From the human T2T-CHM13v2.0 reference genome, Homo sapiens: DNA of 64,000 nucleotides. Numbering within the stretch: the first letter of the stretch is position 1; each line of letters opens with the position of its first letter. The stretch lies in NCBI RefSeq assembly GCF_009914755.1, contig NC_060937.1, one strand, 5' to 3'. Positions 25,181 through 41,885 of this stretch are shown here, one piece after another. A program made the position numbers and the translations under genes. The notes below the pieces were generated by a model. It saw only the letters and a program-made list of their open reading frames with translations, had not been told where the DNA came from and did not search any database.

Positions 25181-27231
25181 TTCTTTTAAAAATTAAATGA
25201 ATTCATGTTGGTGTTGAAAGAGGGTGATACGTGCACATGGGGATGTGACAATCACAGTTACAGCCCTCTATTAATAGCCAAGGGTGAATCATAAATGAAA
25301 CTCCCACCCAAAGCCTCCCAAGGCCTCCCCAGGCTGAGGCAGTCACTGTTCGGTTTCTGGTGTATCCTTCCAGAATCACTTTGAGTTTCTAGGGTGTATG
25401 TGTATGCCTTCCTGTCTCTGAATCTGAAATGTGTGTGTGTCAATCTGTGTGTGTGTATATATATATCTGCACACATATACATGTGTACATGTATATGTAT
25501 AGTTTCACACCTTGTATTTTCCTATCTTAACGTATCATACTGATTATTTCATATCTGCAATATAGATCTATATAATTCTTTTAAATGACAATGTAGTATC
25601 TCATTTCATAGATATATAAAACCAGTCCCTTAAAAATGGGCTATTAAGATGCTTCTAGCCTTTGTCTTACAATGTTGCAATGATCCTTTTAGTACATTTT
25701 TATTTCGATGGATATTATTCAATTGTAAATTATGAAGTAAATTCTTCCCTGTCTTTCCATAAAATCAATGCAGTCTACATTTTTTCCCTCATGCTTTATG
25801 AAATGGATTTACTTTGAGATGTGCATGCTGCTTCAAGGTGGTATCGAAAAATCAGTTTACTTACATGCGAGTTATAGGGAGAACTATTTAAGTGAAGAAA
25901 ATTCCTCTGTAGGAATACTACATTGCCCTTTAGATGTTTCTTTTGAAGAAAAAAATGTTTACCACCTTAAGCACAAAAAGCAGAATACACATCACTATTT
26001 ATGACTGCAGATATTGCTTTCTCAGTATATTTTAAAACAAATTCATGAGTTAAAAAAGACAAAGGTGGAATATCTGTGTATGAGTAGGTGAATATTCTTA
26101 AATTTTCCGTATTTTTCCAGTCTTAGGGAATGGGCATGTGTTGTTTTCATAATTGAACATAAAAAGGAAGAAGACACTTTTAAGAGTATCAAATTAAAAG
26201 AGAGAAATGACTGCTGGAGGAAGACCTGTGGACAATTTTAAGAAAAAGGGACAAAAGGGGAAAGGGACATATAAGAATCAAGAAACCCGATAGTGGGGTC
26301 TACAGCTAAAATCCTAGGGACTCCAGGCAACTCTTGGATAATACTACAGCTAACACGATAGATATTAATATTTGGGGATCTTGAGTCATTGCAAGAAAGG
26401 CTTAGCAAAAACATATTGGTTCAAGTAAGCTAGCAAGGACGCATGTAGTACATCTTAATCTCCATCAAGATAATTTTGAAGTGTTGTCGTTTAAAGGGTA
26501 AATCAGCTGCTATCTGGACAATGCACTTATATGGACAACCTCATTGCTTAACAATGCTGGATAAACGAGGCCTTTACCGCATTTCTTTTTCTTAAAAGTA
26601 TAGTTACTTTTAAAAATGCTATCTTCAGACAAATCTGTTTGCTGATTATTTGGTTAGCTATCTTTGATTATACTAGTCCCTCCTTGTTCAAGTTGTTTAA
26701 GAAAGTGTCACTATAAAATATTGAAAGTGGCCGTGGCATGACTTGGAAAAATGACCCACAGTTCTAATTCCATTCCAAAGAATTCAAGGGACTTTCCAGA
26801 TAAATTCATTTGGAGTCTACATGGAATTTGCAGTTAGGAAAGGAGCTGATAGAAGCTTATACTTTAACCATCTATAAAGACAGGGTTTACAAAGCAGATA
26901 ACATGTTTAACTTTCAGGAAACAAACTCCTTAAGTATCATCAGGTTTTGTTGCAGATGTCTGTTCACAAACAAATGGTGTGTGGTATATGACATTCCTGA
27001 TCAACCTCATTTTAAAATTTAACTTCCAAGAGATTTACTCGACAGCAATCTATTAATCTACTTGTAACAATGATACATTTCATTTTGGTTTTTTTGAGTC
27101 AGATTTCCCTCCCTAGCCCTCTGTCATTCCTTAAATGGCTTTGAATTACGAGGTTAATGTCTCATTTTACTAACCTATTTTGTAAATTTATTGTATTGAA
27201 TATTCTTGAAATTATGGGCCTTGAATTTCCA

Positions 27232-27830
27232 TTTTTTTCAACTTTTATTTTAGAATTAGGGGGAACATGTACAGGTTTGTTGCATTGACATATTGCATCA
27301 TGCTGAGATTTGAAGAACAAATGAATCCATTACCCAGCTAGTGAGCATATACCCCAAAGGTAGCTTTTCAGCCCTTGCCCTTCTCCCTCTCCCCTCATCT
27401 AATAGTCTCCAGTATCTACTGTTCCCATCGTTATGTCCATGAGTACCTAATATTTAGCTCACACTTATAAGGGAGAACATGCGGTATTTTGTTTTGTTTC
27501 TGTGTTAGTTTGCTTAGGATAATGGCCTCCAGCTGCAGCCATGTTGCTGCAAAGGACAAGATTTCATTCTTTTTTATGGCTGCTTAGTATTCTATGGTAT
27601 ACAGGTACTACATTTTCTTTATCCATTCTGCAGTTGATGGGCACCTTGATTGATTCCATGTCGTTGCTATTGTGACTAGCACTATGATGAAGATATGGGT
27701 ACATGTATCTTTTGGCAGAACAATTTATTTTCATTCGGGTACATACCCAGTAATGAGATTGCTGGGTCAAATGGTAGCTCAACTCCTGGTTCTTTGAGAA
27801 GTCTCCCAACTGCTCTCCACAGTGGCTGGA
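27232..27830 (-). mobile_element. L1PB/old L1PA 3' end, 5'-truncated
   Basis: caacttttattttagaattagggggaacatgtacaggtttg...ccatgttgctgcaaaggac...tgagattgctgggtcaaatggtag. ORF 27564..27809 is a translation of this L1 remnant. Confidence 0.88.
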
Positions 27831-29269
27831 CTTTTTTTTTTTAATGTGGAGATTTTGTCACAATGATTTCTGCTTTGATCTATAAGGAGAATGTCATCCT
27901 TTTCTCCTTATTGCCAATTTGTTTTTATCCCCAGTCTTAATGAAGATTCTGTTAGCCTTCCCCTACCCTACCATTTGTCCCCATATTCCTAAAACCAGAT
28001 ACATAAGCTACTGAAGGAAAGAAAACCATAGAAATACAGTTTATCTCTCACAGAAATACATTTCTTACAATCTGCCAGTGAATGCCAAACAACTTCTCGA
28101 GGCTGTGATTCTTGTGATTCAAGTGATCCCTCCCAGGTGTTGATGCCTTTGACATCAGGGCAGGTGATTCTTGCCTGAGTTGATGGGCCAGCCCAGCTGA
28201 GCAGTCAGTTGAGCCCTCTGTGCTGGATGACTATGGTCCTCACTGAGACACAGCTGAGCTTAATGAGCCATAGACTGGAGGCTGGGACTCCTGGATTTTT
28301 TGCCAACTCTTGACCTTAGGAAATACCTCACCTCTCTGGTCTTCAATTCCACCATCTTTGATATAGGAGTGTGAAAATTTTAGAAAGTCGTTTCTGGATC
28401 TGAAGTTCTTGATTCTAATGGAAGGAAAAGAAAAGCAATCACACGTTCCTAGCTATAGCTTAAATCAGGAGGTATTGTTCTCACTTACCAAGACTTTCTC
28501 TCTTTTCCCTCCCCCATGCTCTGGGGTTCATCATTCCTTCCACTGGGTTCCCACTGTGGTTTGCCCTTGAAGACTCCACCCGAGAGTTTATGACTTGATA
28601 TTATAATTATCTGTTTATATTTTCCGTTCCTTTATGGGACCAAGACCTGCTAGAAGGCAGGAACTGTATCTCACTCCTCTTCCCATCTCCAGTCCCACAC
28701 CCAGGATCTCTCACATCACAGGTATCCAAGAATGACTGTTGAACAATAGAATTAGAACAGTAGAGGTAAAAAGCAACAACTCTGAGATCCCGAGAGAGAT
28801 TTTTTCCTTATCAGAGCACTGGACTGGCAGTCAAGAGACACTGGTTTGGCACCTGATGGCCCTTGGACAGCTCATTTAACCTGCAGTTTGCCAAAATCAC
28901 CTTGAAGAATAGAGTCACTAATTGTCACAATTTCTTGAACCCATACTAAACCTATTATTACCATCCCCATTTTGCTGATGAGGAAATCAAGTCCCAGAGA
29001 GTATTAGATGACTTGTTCAAGGCATGCCAGTTAACAAGCGGATGGGCTGGCATTCAAAGCTTATGCTTTTCTGACTACACCGCACTGCCTCCTATTATGC
29101 AGTGTATATTGCTAGATTGATATGTCAGCACTTCATGAATTCATAATATGTACAGGGTGCAGTGTATGTGCTTGGTGGTAGTGAGGAAGTTGTAAAAAAC
29201 ATTACTTAGATGCTACATTTGTACCCAATGTGTAGTTTTTAGCCCTTATGCGATTTAATCTGTTCCCAC

Positions 29270-30190
29270 TGTTTGATCCTATTGGCCACTTCCTCCTTGA
29301 AACACATTTTTCTCTTGGCTTTTGTGTCACATCCTTCTGTTTGTGGCTACTCTTTTTCAGTCTCTTTTGAAGATTCTTCTTTCAAAGCCATTAAGAATTG
29401 ATGTTTCTTAAAGCTCGGCCCTAGACTCCCTGCTCTGTTCATTCCTTCTCCCTCCCAAGCATCAACATCTGAGGCAAGGGCTTTGGTGACTACCTCTGTA
29501 CTGATGATTCCTAAGTTGTATCCCTGAGCTCCAGACTAGTATGCCTGCTAGACATCTCCACTTGAATGTCTCTAGGGCACTGAAAGTTGAGGTCCAACTA
29601 AATTCATGCTGTCCATCCTCTTTCCAATGCCCCCTTCTGGTTTTCTTCCAGTTTTTCTGAATGCCCCATCATGTATGTAAGCCAGAACCCAGGAGCTATC
29701 CTTTGGACTGCTTTCTCCTTCACTTTTCTCCAGAAGCAAATTCATTACCAACCCCTATCAGTGCTACCAATAATGAGTTCTTATATCTGCCTCCTTCTAT
29801 TTCCACTGCCACCGTTGTAGTTCAAGCCACCACAACCTCTCACTGAGATGCCTGCATTAGCAGCCTAATCTGGTCTTCCTCTATCCTCAATGACTCTCCT
29901 CCTTCTGTTTCTTTTTCACTCTGCAGAGTGACCTTTTAAAAATGCAAATGCATCCCTTTTCCCCTTCCCAACAGATTTGCATTTCTCTTCAGGAAACGAC
30001 CCAAATCTCTCACATGGCATTGGCTGAGTGCTCGGGTTCTCACTCAGTCCTCTGGCCCCATCTCATCCACCCCTCTGAGCTCTCTATGCTTCAGTCTCAG
30101 TAGCCTTGCAGCTCTAGGGGGTGCCTTCTCCAACCGGCAGTTGAGCCATAACAGGCTGTTCCCTCTGTTTGGAATGCTCATTCCACCCCA
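29270..30190 (+). mobile_element. L2 fragment
   Basis: ccacttcctccttgaaacac...agacatctccacttgaatgtct...ttcaagccaccacaacctctcactg. Confidence 0.7.
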
Positions 30191-30197
30191 ACGCCTC

Positions 30198-30699
30198 TGT
30201 GGTAGGCTGAATTATGGTCCCCAAAGATATCCAGGTCCTAATCTCTGAGACCTTTGAATGTTACCTTAAATGATATCAGGGATTTTGCAGATAAGGATAA
30301 AGGGACTCTCCTGAAATGGGGAGACTGTGCTGGATTATCTGGGTAGGCCCCGAGTGTAATCACAAGCATCCTTATAAGAGGGAAGCAGAGGGACGTCTGA
30401 CTCAGAAGGCAGAAGGCAATGTGACAATGGAAACAGAGAGATTTGAGAATGCCATGACATTGGCTTTGAAGATAGAGGAAGGGGCCATGGGCAAGCAATG
30501 TTCTCTAGAAGCTGGAAAAGGTAAAGAAACAGATTTTCCTCAGGAGCTGCTGAGTGGATGTGGCCCTGCCTATATCTTGGTTTCTGCCCAGTGAAACCCA
30601 TTTTGGACTTCTGGCCTCCAGTAAGAGAGCAGGTTTCTGTTGTTTTAACCCACAAAGTTTGTGGTAATTTGTTATAGCCCCCCAGAGGAAACTAATACA
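30198..30699 (+). mobile_element. MaLR LTR (MLT1C/D-like)
   Basis: tgtggtaggctgaattatggtccccaaagatatccaggtcctaatc...ggaaactaataca. Confidence 0.88.
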
Positions 30700-30959
30700 A
30701 TGACTTCATGTTTGAGCAAATGCTTTGCACTCCCCAGAGTAAAAGAGGAGAGCCCTGACCAAGGGTCTAGAACAATACCACCCAATAAGGTAGCCATTGG
30801 CCACAGGGGACTGCTGAGCACTCGAAAGCTGCACTTTAACTAGGGCAACTGGGGTGAAGCTGTAAGAAATTTGGGTGATTTAAAAAAGAGTCATGTAAAT
30901 CCGTTGGGTCTAGGGGAGAGCAATGCATTTGCATTTGGTGGGCCCTCCCTTGCCGCAGC

Positions 30960-31590
30960 TTCAGTAATGGATGCATGATCCAGGTCCGGCCAATAATGAT
31001 ATCCTATCCTTAGGGCCACAGTAATTGGCCTGATGGTCTAGTCCTGAGCCGGACCAATCAGGGTCCTCTCCAGAGATTTGATATGACCGCTGGGATGGCG
31101 GGCTACCACTCTCTCCCCAAGACTTGCTGAGCTGGGGATTAGAAAGACTGGAACCCTCTGTGACCTGGTGCTCCCTTCTCCCTCTGCATAGGGGGTGTGC
31201 GCCACAGCAGAGACAGTAAGGCTGACACGCAGAGAGAAGACTGGGACTGGCAGGCATGGGTATAGAGAGAGACACTGCCCTGATTACATTTTGGGAGTTG
31301 CTGGTGTCCCTAAGGCCAGATTTACCCAAGATCACAAGGGTAAAGGATCGCAAGACCCGGAGTTGTAGGAGCCCCTTTAGCCACTACATGGAGTGAGCTT
31401 GCCAGGAATGGAGCACGCAGAGTAAGGTGAGTCTGGAAGACCGGGAGAAAGAGCTGACATCCCGAAGACGGCTTTTGAAATTCCAGGATCCAGTGTGCCT
31501 GAGGCTAGCCTGACCTCTTTGCTGTCCCAATCATGGGAACAAATAAGATCCCCCTTTTTTCTTACATATTTTGAGTTTGGCTTTTTCACT
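30960..31590 (+). mobile_element. Old MaLR LTR pieces (MLT1J/K-like)
   Basis: ggaccaatcagggtcctctccagagattt...caaataagatccccctttttcttacatattttgagtttggctttttcact. Confidence 0.5.
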
Positions 31591-31888
31591 GGACCAGTTG
31601 AATTTTATTCATACAACTAGCAAAGCTACTGTGCATTATTTGAAATAAGATTTTTAAAAATTTACATTTGCACTAGGAAGAGAAAAAGAAATTATTTAGA
31701 GATTCTTGATTAGGCAGTAGGATAAATAACCTATTTTACAGCAGCCCTGTTAATTACTGCAATAAATCCAGGCCCCAGAAAATCAATTGCCTCCTGTTAA
31801 GTTCCATTTCATCCATCCTCCCCACCCTCCCATTCCTAGGGTTCAGTTGTGGTGACAAAGAAGGCACAGGGTCTGTGATCTCAGTGAC

Positions 31889-33357
<1,469 letters not shown>

Positions 33358-36035
33358 ATCTCAGTGACTTTATTGCTTTTTATCTTTGTCCTGCTGATGA
33401 TGACTTGGAAAGTTTTAAAATATAAAACCTATAAGGTGGGGATTTTTTTTGTCTGTTTTGCTCCCTGTTATATATCTAGTGCCTAAAAGTGCCTGGCTTA
33501 TAATAAGCACTCAAAAAATATTTTTGAATGAATGAATTAATGCATAGCAGCAACATTTACTTTGCACCTGTTGTGTTAAGTATGTTAAGAGATGCAAGGG
33601 AATTGAAGAAGCTAGGAATGGTTCCTGGGCCCTCACAGAAATTACGGATTAGTTTTCATTCAAATCCTTTATTTTTAAATTTATTAAAGACTGATAGCCT
33701 GAACATCATTGAATTTGTTCTTTTATATTTGGAAAATATGCTTCCAAGAGCATCGGTGTTCGTAGAGATTCTCACATTATCTGGTTCAGGGATTTCCTTG
33801 GATACTGCGAATTTGTAAGGATTAAATGCTTTAAAATTATAGACTCCTTGGAAAGCCCCAAGCTGATCTTATAAAGTACAACCACCTTTTTGTTTTTAAG
33901 CATAGGAAGTAGATGACTGAGAGAATAGGATGATTTAATTACACATCTGGGGTGAAAACATGGCAGTGTATTCTGTGTTACTCATGGAGCAAATATAATT
34001 CATTCAAGCAAGCCACGGAAATTGTGAATACAACTACCATAATGACTTGGTGATGATGGCTTTCTGAATGCCACCAGTCAGTCCACCTTGGGAGACTGAT
34101 TTGCCAGAGGCCTCTCCTTTCTATCTGTGCTTCTGAACTGGGCTTGAATCAAAGCCAACCTACTGCCACTGCTCTAACTTGACTGCATTGTTTATGGTAA
34201 TCCACGTGGACCCTGAAACCTGGTCGTCTGATGCACTACATGCATGCACAGACTGAGGGCAGCCTTCTCAGCATCAGCACAACCTCTGCAGTGAGTACTG
34301 CTCATAAGATCAGTGCAGGGAGCAGCAGATGTTTGCTCCAACCTTCTGCAGTACATGTAGTAGCAATCGCAGGGCTGAGGCTCTGTGGGCAGTCTCCCAA
34401 TTTCCTCCTAGGGAGAAATGCATACAGAGGCTTAGCACCACAGTTGGGTGCTGTTCACTTCTGTCTAGTTAAGGAGTCATTATTAGCCAGAAAGGAACTA
34501 TGATGTCAGTTTGGTCTTTGTGGATTTCCTGACTCAGTGTTTATGAAGGAGACACATTAGTAATGGTCTAAGATATCTGGTCCAATTTGTATCAAACAAT
34601 AGTCGTTTCTCATTTTCCATTGCTGTGGTAATTTTAATGCATTCTCCTCTGTGAGGCAGTGGAAATAAATACCATGGAGGAAGATTCAAGGAGATGGTGC
34701 TTTTTTAGTCTTTTTTCCCTTCTAGCAACAGGATGAGGGTGTAAAAAAGGTCATGGACCAAGGCAATTTGGAGAATCATTATTTTCAGAGTCTGTCCTGT
34801 AATGACAGAGCTGTGGCTTTGTGTGCTCTATCTTCCCCAAGGATCCAGTGTCCAGAGTCAGGGGTGTTTCTGAGCCTGAGCACTCTGCAGCTCTCCGAGA
34901 GACCTGCACAGGAGTGCTGAGATCCTGCTGGCTTCCCTTTCTTATCTGTGAAGTGAAGATCTGAGAGCTGAGCCCTGCCTACGTTCAAGGGGTGGGAGAG
35001 TATCTGTGAGGCTTTTAGGCCTTTGAAGGCAGGTGCTGTAAGAGTGTGAGATAAAAGTTTCCGGAGATGAAACAGTGATCAGGAGGCCTCTGGAGGGCTG
35101 CCATCACTGCAGCTGATTTTCCCCTCTCTCTCACCAAGCCCTTGTCATTCAGTTTGTGGCCAGGTAAAGACTTAAGTTGAGGCGGGGAACATGGTACTGT
35201 AATGGCCTGTGAGGTCTCCTTCCTCATCCCTCCACTGGGGAAATGGGAAAGAAGAAAGGAGAGAAAGAAGGAAGGTTTGAGGGGGAGGGAAGGGGAGGTC
35301 TTTGATGGCATCTGTTCCTAAGAGCTCAGGAGGAGAGAGGCATTAAAGCTGCCAAGTGCCGGCTGCTTCCAGGATGTCTCATGCTCCTTCAAGCCCTTCT
35401 GCAGTTGTGGTCCTCTGAGCTAGGGCTGCCCTTGTCTCCGTCCTCACCTGGGGACTGGTGAAGCTCTCACTGGTATTGGCCTGGTGGGGGGTCAGGTGTC
35501 TTGGTCTTGGTGAGTACCCCGCTGTAGCACATGGTGTCATCCTGCACCATTCATTGTGTGTCTGACTCTCCCACTAGGCTGAACTCTCTAAGGATAGGCT
35601 GGGATTTATCCATCTTTACACCACCTCCCCCAGTTCTGAGTCCCAAGTGCCTAGCACAGAACCTGCCTAAGAAGGGAGACTGATGGTTCAAGAGGAACAC
35701 CCCCATATCAAGCCCAAGAGAGCGCCTATGCTCCAGCAATGGAAGGTCCTCTCGGCACAGCCATGCTGCAGGGTAGAGTTGGAACATGACAACTGTGAAT
35801 CTGGTTAATTTTATATCCACCCCACATCCTCTTCATCTCCATGTCTGTCGTTTGTACAGCTTCTGTACTATACATCTCTTTATAGGTGAAGCTACAGTCT
35901 CATTTATATTCACAGGCTGCGATTGTACTTCCTAACATCCACTCCTCTCCCGCAGCCCAATACTCTGCACATAGTAGGTGCATCTGACATGTCTGTATAC
36001 TCGAAGTTTCCTCAGCCTACATGAGCCTGGGTGGC

Positions 36036-36458
36036 TGTGATAGGCTGAATAATGGCTCCCAGATATGTTCACTTCCTGAAAACGTCATCTTTCTAAGGAT
36101 CTTGAGATGGGGAGATTATCTTGGATGATCTGAGTGGGCCTGAGGTAATCATAGCAGTTCTTATAAGAAGAGTGAGTCAGAGGAGAAGGTGATGTGGCCA
36201 CAGCTGCCTAGGTGGGAGTGATGAATATGGAGGAAGAGGCCACAAGCCAAAGAATATAGGTGGCCACTAGTAGCCGAAAAAGGCAAGCAAATGGATTCTC
36301 CTCTGGAGCCTCCAGAAGGAACTGGCCCTGCCAACACCTTGGCTTGAGCCCAGTGAGACTGATTTTGGATTTCTGACCTCCAGACCCGTAAGAGAATAAA
36401 TGTTTTAAGCCACAAAGTTTGTGGTTAATTTGTTACAGCAGCAATAGGATGCTGTACA
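36036..36458 (+). mobile_element. MaLR LTR (MLT1-family)
   Basis: tgtgataggctgaataatggctccc...gttacagcagcaatagg...taca, with 5-bp TSD GTGGC (36031-36035 and 36459-36463). Confidence 0.88.
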
Positions 36459-37098
36459 GTGGCACACCTGGTACCAGTGCTCTGGGGCAACTTCAGAATG
36501 GTACAAAAGTCATGCTGAACTGAGGAATGGAGGAAACAGGTACAGATGGATCTGCTGACTTGCAGCCTTCTTCTGGCTCTTAGGACGAGGGGTACTGTGG
36601 CCTTCCAGCTTTGTGCCTCTCTAGGACTTAAATGAACCACTCTGGCTGGAGTAGTTCCTTGGTGAGGATGCAGCTGCTGGGAGTAGCCAACAATGCTTCA
36701 TGGTGCCTGGGGCTCCCCACCTTGGGGCTCATCCCCCTCTTCCTTAAAATCACCTGCAGTGACACAGACCAGGGTCTAGCTTTTGGTTCTTCCCCAAAAC
36801 ACATTTCCAGAAAACAGGAACTAATACTCCTAGGGAAAATGAGCTTCCAGATAATAACTACCTTAAAAACAATAAATTGGACAGCTTTAGCATTCAAAAC
36901 AGTCACTGAACATTAGAGCATGATTAATATACCCAGAGGGATAAGGGACAATATTAGTGATATGAAACAAGTTGAGAAGCAAAAAAGAACAAAATGGAAA
37001 TATGTATGAGAAATTTAGAAATAAATAGTGTGGTGAAGTGATTAATACTCAGAAGAATACAGCTGAAAGTAAGCTTGTGAGTTAGAATATCAGATTGA

Positions 37099-37417
37099 GG
37101 CCAGGCATGGTGGCTTATGCCTGTAATCCTAGCATTTTGGGAGGCCAAGGTGGCAGGATCGCTTGAGCTCAGGAGTTAGAGACCATCCTGGGCAACATAG
37201 TGAGAACTTGTCTCTACAAAAATGTTAAAAAATTAGGTGTGCTGGTGTGAGCTTGTGGTCTCAGCAACTGGAGAGGCTGAGTTGGGAGGATCGCTTGAGC
37301 CCAGGAGGGTGAGCCTGCAGTGAGTCATGTTCATACTAGTGCTCTCCAACCTAAGTGACCGAGTAAAACTCTGTCTCAAAAAAAAAAAAAAGAAGAAAAA
37401 CAAAGAAAGAAAAGGAA
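37099..37417 (+). mobile_element. Alu (AluJ-like)
   Basis: ggccaggcatggtggcttatgcc...ggatcgcttgagcccagg; 15-bp TSD AGAATATCAGATTGA (37084-37098 and 37418-37432). Confidence 0.93.
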
Positions 37418-40400
37418 AGAATATCAGATTGAGGGACTCTCCTAGAAGTTTGCAGGAAAGGGTCAAGAGATAGGAAATTGAGAAGAAAAGCCAAAGCTAA
37501 GGACACAGATAGAATTAGTGGAAATATCTATTATTCATCTAATAGGAGTCCCAGAAAGAAAAATACAAAAAAAAGAAAAGAAGAAATATTTGGAGAAATA
37601 ATGGAGATTAAATAATGGAGATTAACAGATGCAATTACAGATGCAAAAACATATTAAAAGACCCCTAGCAAGATAATGAGAACCCCACACCTAGATAGAT
37701 TACAGTGAAATATGGGAACATCAAAGACAATGAAAATAGACTATTTATTAAGCCATAAAGGAAGTCACCATAAAGACCAAAGGATGAGTATGTAGAACAT
37801 AGTATAGACTATGTTTTACAACTATAAAATAATATAGGCCTATTTCACTGTTGGATGTAGATGCATAATCCTTAAATAAAACATTAGCTAACTAAATCCA
37901 ACAATGTTTTTATAAACCCATCATGATCTCATAGGAGTATGTTGATAAATGCAAGAATAACATTAAATGGATCATAGCATTAAGAAGAGATTTTAAAGGT
38001 ATAAACCTGGATAAAGTAAGAAATAGGTGAGATATTCACAAAATACATTTTACATAAGTCAAAAGCACATGCACACAAAACACCAATATACCTTTTGCAG
38101 GAACTTATACAAACAAAAAGAGGCATGATGAACAAGTCAGAGTGGTTGCCTAGGCATAGGGTGATAGAAATAGAAGTGGGGACTGGGGATAAAAGGATAT
38201 AGAAAAGATTGAAAGGACAATCTGAGTGTAGCATGGAATACTGAAACTCAGTTATTCCTCCTATCCTCTCCCAAGATAGATCTCCTACATGGCCACGGCA
38301 CTTTGCAATTCGTCTTATGAAGAGGTGGGGTCTACTTTCCAATTTTTTATATTTCACCTTGTGACTGTCTTTGATCAGGTTTCTTTGTGGAAGTTCTGAT
38401 ACTAAGTCTCAAGATGCCACATGGCTTCTGCTAGTACTGCTGGGAACTCTGAAGCCATCAGATGATCATGCTTGAGCAGCCTTTGGATGTTGAATAACTA
38501 TGCGGATAATCGTACATAAAACAATTCTCAGCAAATGCAATAGAACTGAAATTATACCAAACACACTCTGAGACCACAGCACAATAAAAATAGGAGTCAA
38601 GAATAAGAAAATCACTCAAAACCATGCAATTACATGGGAATTAAACAACATGCTTCTGAATGACTTATGGGTAAATAATGAAATTATTTTTCTAAAAATA
38701 CAAATCAGATCCTAACTGGTTCTTGCTTAAAATCCTCTTTGCTAATAGGATAAAGTCAACTCTTTTACCAGGGCTCTCCAAGCCTCCTGTGATCTGGATC
38801 CTATCACCTTTCTGCCCTCACTCAGCTCCCGTGAAATCTTTTAACATCGTATGCCTCCGTCCCTTTATACACCTGCCTCACTTTGTGTTTCTTCTTCTGG
38901 TTCTCCCAGCAGATTCCTATTCACTCACCAGCAGTCAGCTCATGTTCATTCCTCTGGCAAGCCTTTCCCACCTCTCCTTACTGAACCATTCTGGGTGCCA
39001 CCTCGAATCTCACATCTGTCATAGTCTCTGTATGATGGTGCTTTTCAACTAGACCAAAGCATCAACATCGTCTGTGTGCAGCTTTTAACATTTAATGATC
39101 CCCGGACCTTATTGCTAGGGATTAAGTTCAGGAGTTTGTGGAGTAGAAAGTCCTCTGACATGGAATTGCTTTTCTATGTGTTGGTTTCTTTCAACAGTGG
39201 TGAAGAGCAAGGATTCTGGAGCAAGACTGCTTGAATTTGAATTCTGGCTCTGCTACCTGGCTGCTGAGTCATCTCTAGTTTTTTTCACATTATCTATAAA
39301 ACGAGAATAATAACACTAATGTCTTAAATGTGGTGAGGATTAAGTTAGTAATACATGTAAATCCCTTAGAACAATGCCTGGTAACTATTCAATACATATG
39401 AACTATTATTTGCTGTTACCAAAAGTGTTCAGAGCAGAAACCGGGTTGTCAATTCTTTGAATTCTAAGGCCTAGCACCTTGCCTGGCTCATGGGCTGGCA
39501 TTTAGTAAAAGGTTGAGGAGCTGAATTAAAAATTATAATTAATGTGGGAAGAAAATTGGAAGATAAGATGGGGGTAACTTCCTGCTTTATCAGAAGTTCT
39601 TAGTGCAATAAAAGTCAGTAGCCCATCTGATTTTTGTCCAAAGATGAGCACCAGCAGACTGATACGGAGTGAAAATAGCTCCAGCTAGATAAGATGCAGA
39701 AATATGGAGAAGAAGCTGGGCAGCCTCTGGAAGATTTGTTGGAAAAGCTTTTGTATTTTTCCAAATATATTGCTTGGTAAATGAAACACTGAATAAATAT
39801 AATATATATTCATGTTAAGTAGTGGTTTTAAAAAATTACATGATTTTATCAGCTTTCATGTTAGTGCTGAATGCAGTCTTAGACATCTTGACTCTTCAGA
39901 TCTCTGTTTTTCCTTATTTATAAATGAAGGAAAATTGCAGTGGTTTCTCTAAAGTCACGTGACCACTTGTGCCAAAATCAGGACCCGTGTCGGTGCTGGG
40001 CCCACTACAGCCTGCTGCCGCCGTTGTAATGAGCTGTGATTATTATACAATCCAATACATTCCCTTCTGTCAGGCCTGCTCCTCCTCTGGTTATGATCAA
40101 TGACATCGCTCCTGTCCTAGCTGCCTTGGGTTGGTTAGTGTTGACCAGAGCGCAAATCTATCAAGTGAGAAGAGGGAAACAGAGCCGTTTAGTAGAATGT
40201 GTAAGTCAGTGAAACAGGAAAACATACATAGATTAGCACATGAGTGTGGGAATGCAAGCACAAAACCATGGAAGGCTGGTACTCTCTTCAGAGTGAGATA
40301 AGCCAAGAGGACTTTTTTTTTTTTCTCTAGCCTGATAAGTAGGCTTAAATTCTTCACAAACAGTAGACTTCAGAAATAGTATTTCCAGGTGCCCTCAATT

Positions 40401-40742
40401 GTGGTAATTTAGTTCATCATAATATGTTGATGTATATTTTAATGAACTGTGTTCAGTTTTATTCTTTCCAAGATTATAAAGCACATTGCCTCATACATAG
40501 AAGCAGGCAATAAGTGATATGTTGAATTGAATTCAACTGCACTGCAGAGCTGTGGTCCAGCGCCATCAAAAATCAAAGAACTAGATAGTTTCTCTCAATG
40601 GCCCTTTCACTCAAATTTATCTGTACAAGTCAGTTGATTTCATTAGTATTAAATTTCATGAAATGACTGGGGATAGGTGTGCATTTTGATTTTCTCCAGT
40701 TTTTGGGAAACTTCTAGGCCATCCCTAGCTGCGTGACCTTAG

Positions 40743-41108
<366 letters not shown>

Positions 41109-41854
41109 TGTATATGTATTTCTGAGTGGCTGAATGCACCAGTAAAACATCTAGCACACAGCAAACACTCCAAATATTTTGCTCCCTACTGCTATTTCAC
41201 CTTTTCCCTTACCTTTCTTTCTTCCTTTCAAGGATAGCAAATTATCCTTGCCTCGGACATTTAGATTATCTAAGGAATTATTATTTAATTTCTGGGGAAG
41301 TAGCTAATCCTGATTAATACTTCTCCCTCAGTTCCATCTCATCCTTCTTAATGCAAGTGGTTACAGGAATGGAAAGAAACCTATAAGTGGTCGGTTGTTG
41401 CAGCCTCCAAATAGAAGATGGCTATTGTACGAGTAGAACGAGTGTGCCCTTAATTAAGCACTTTGACTGTAGGCATCACCTCCTACATAAAAGATGAGAT
41501 CTAGACCCGAGATAGAGCGCTGAAAAAGGAAGTTAGAGTATGTAACAACTAATTTATTTCTGTAGATTTTCCATCCACTGGCCTGACAAGGCAGCTGTTC
41601 AGAGGCTCCTGCTGCATAAACAAAAGCCAGAGCTTTCCAGAAAGGGGCTGCTGAACTGCACGCCATGACTTCCTGGATATATTCCTCAAATTACATAATA
41701 TTAAAAAAAAAACATGGCAAGAAATGATGCGGAATGGGAAGTGGAAACATGGCAATAAGGAGTTAAGCCACTGAATTCAGGCAATTCTTATTAGTATTTC
41801 TGGTGATTTTCTGTACTTAAATTTTGTCTCCAATTAACATATGTTAGGAGTAGA

Positions 41855-41858
<4 letters not shown>

Positions 41859-41885
<27 letters not shown>

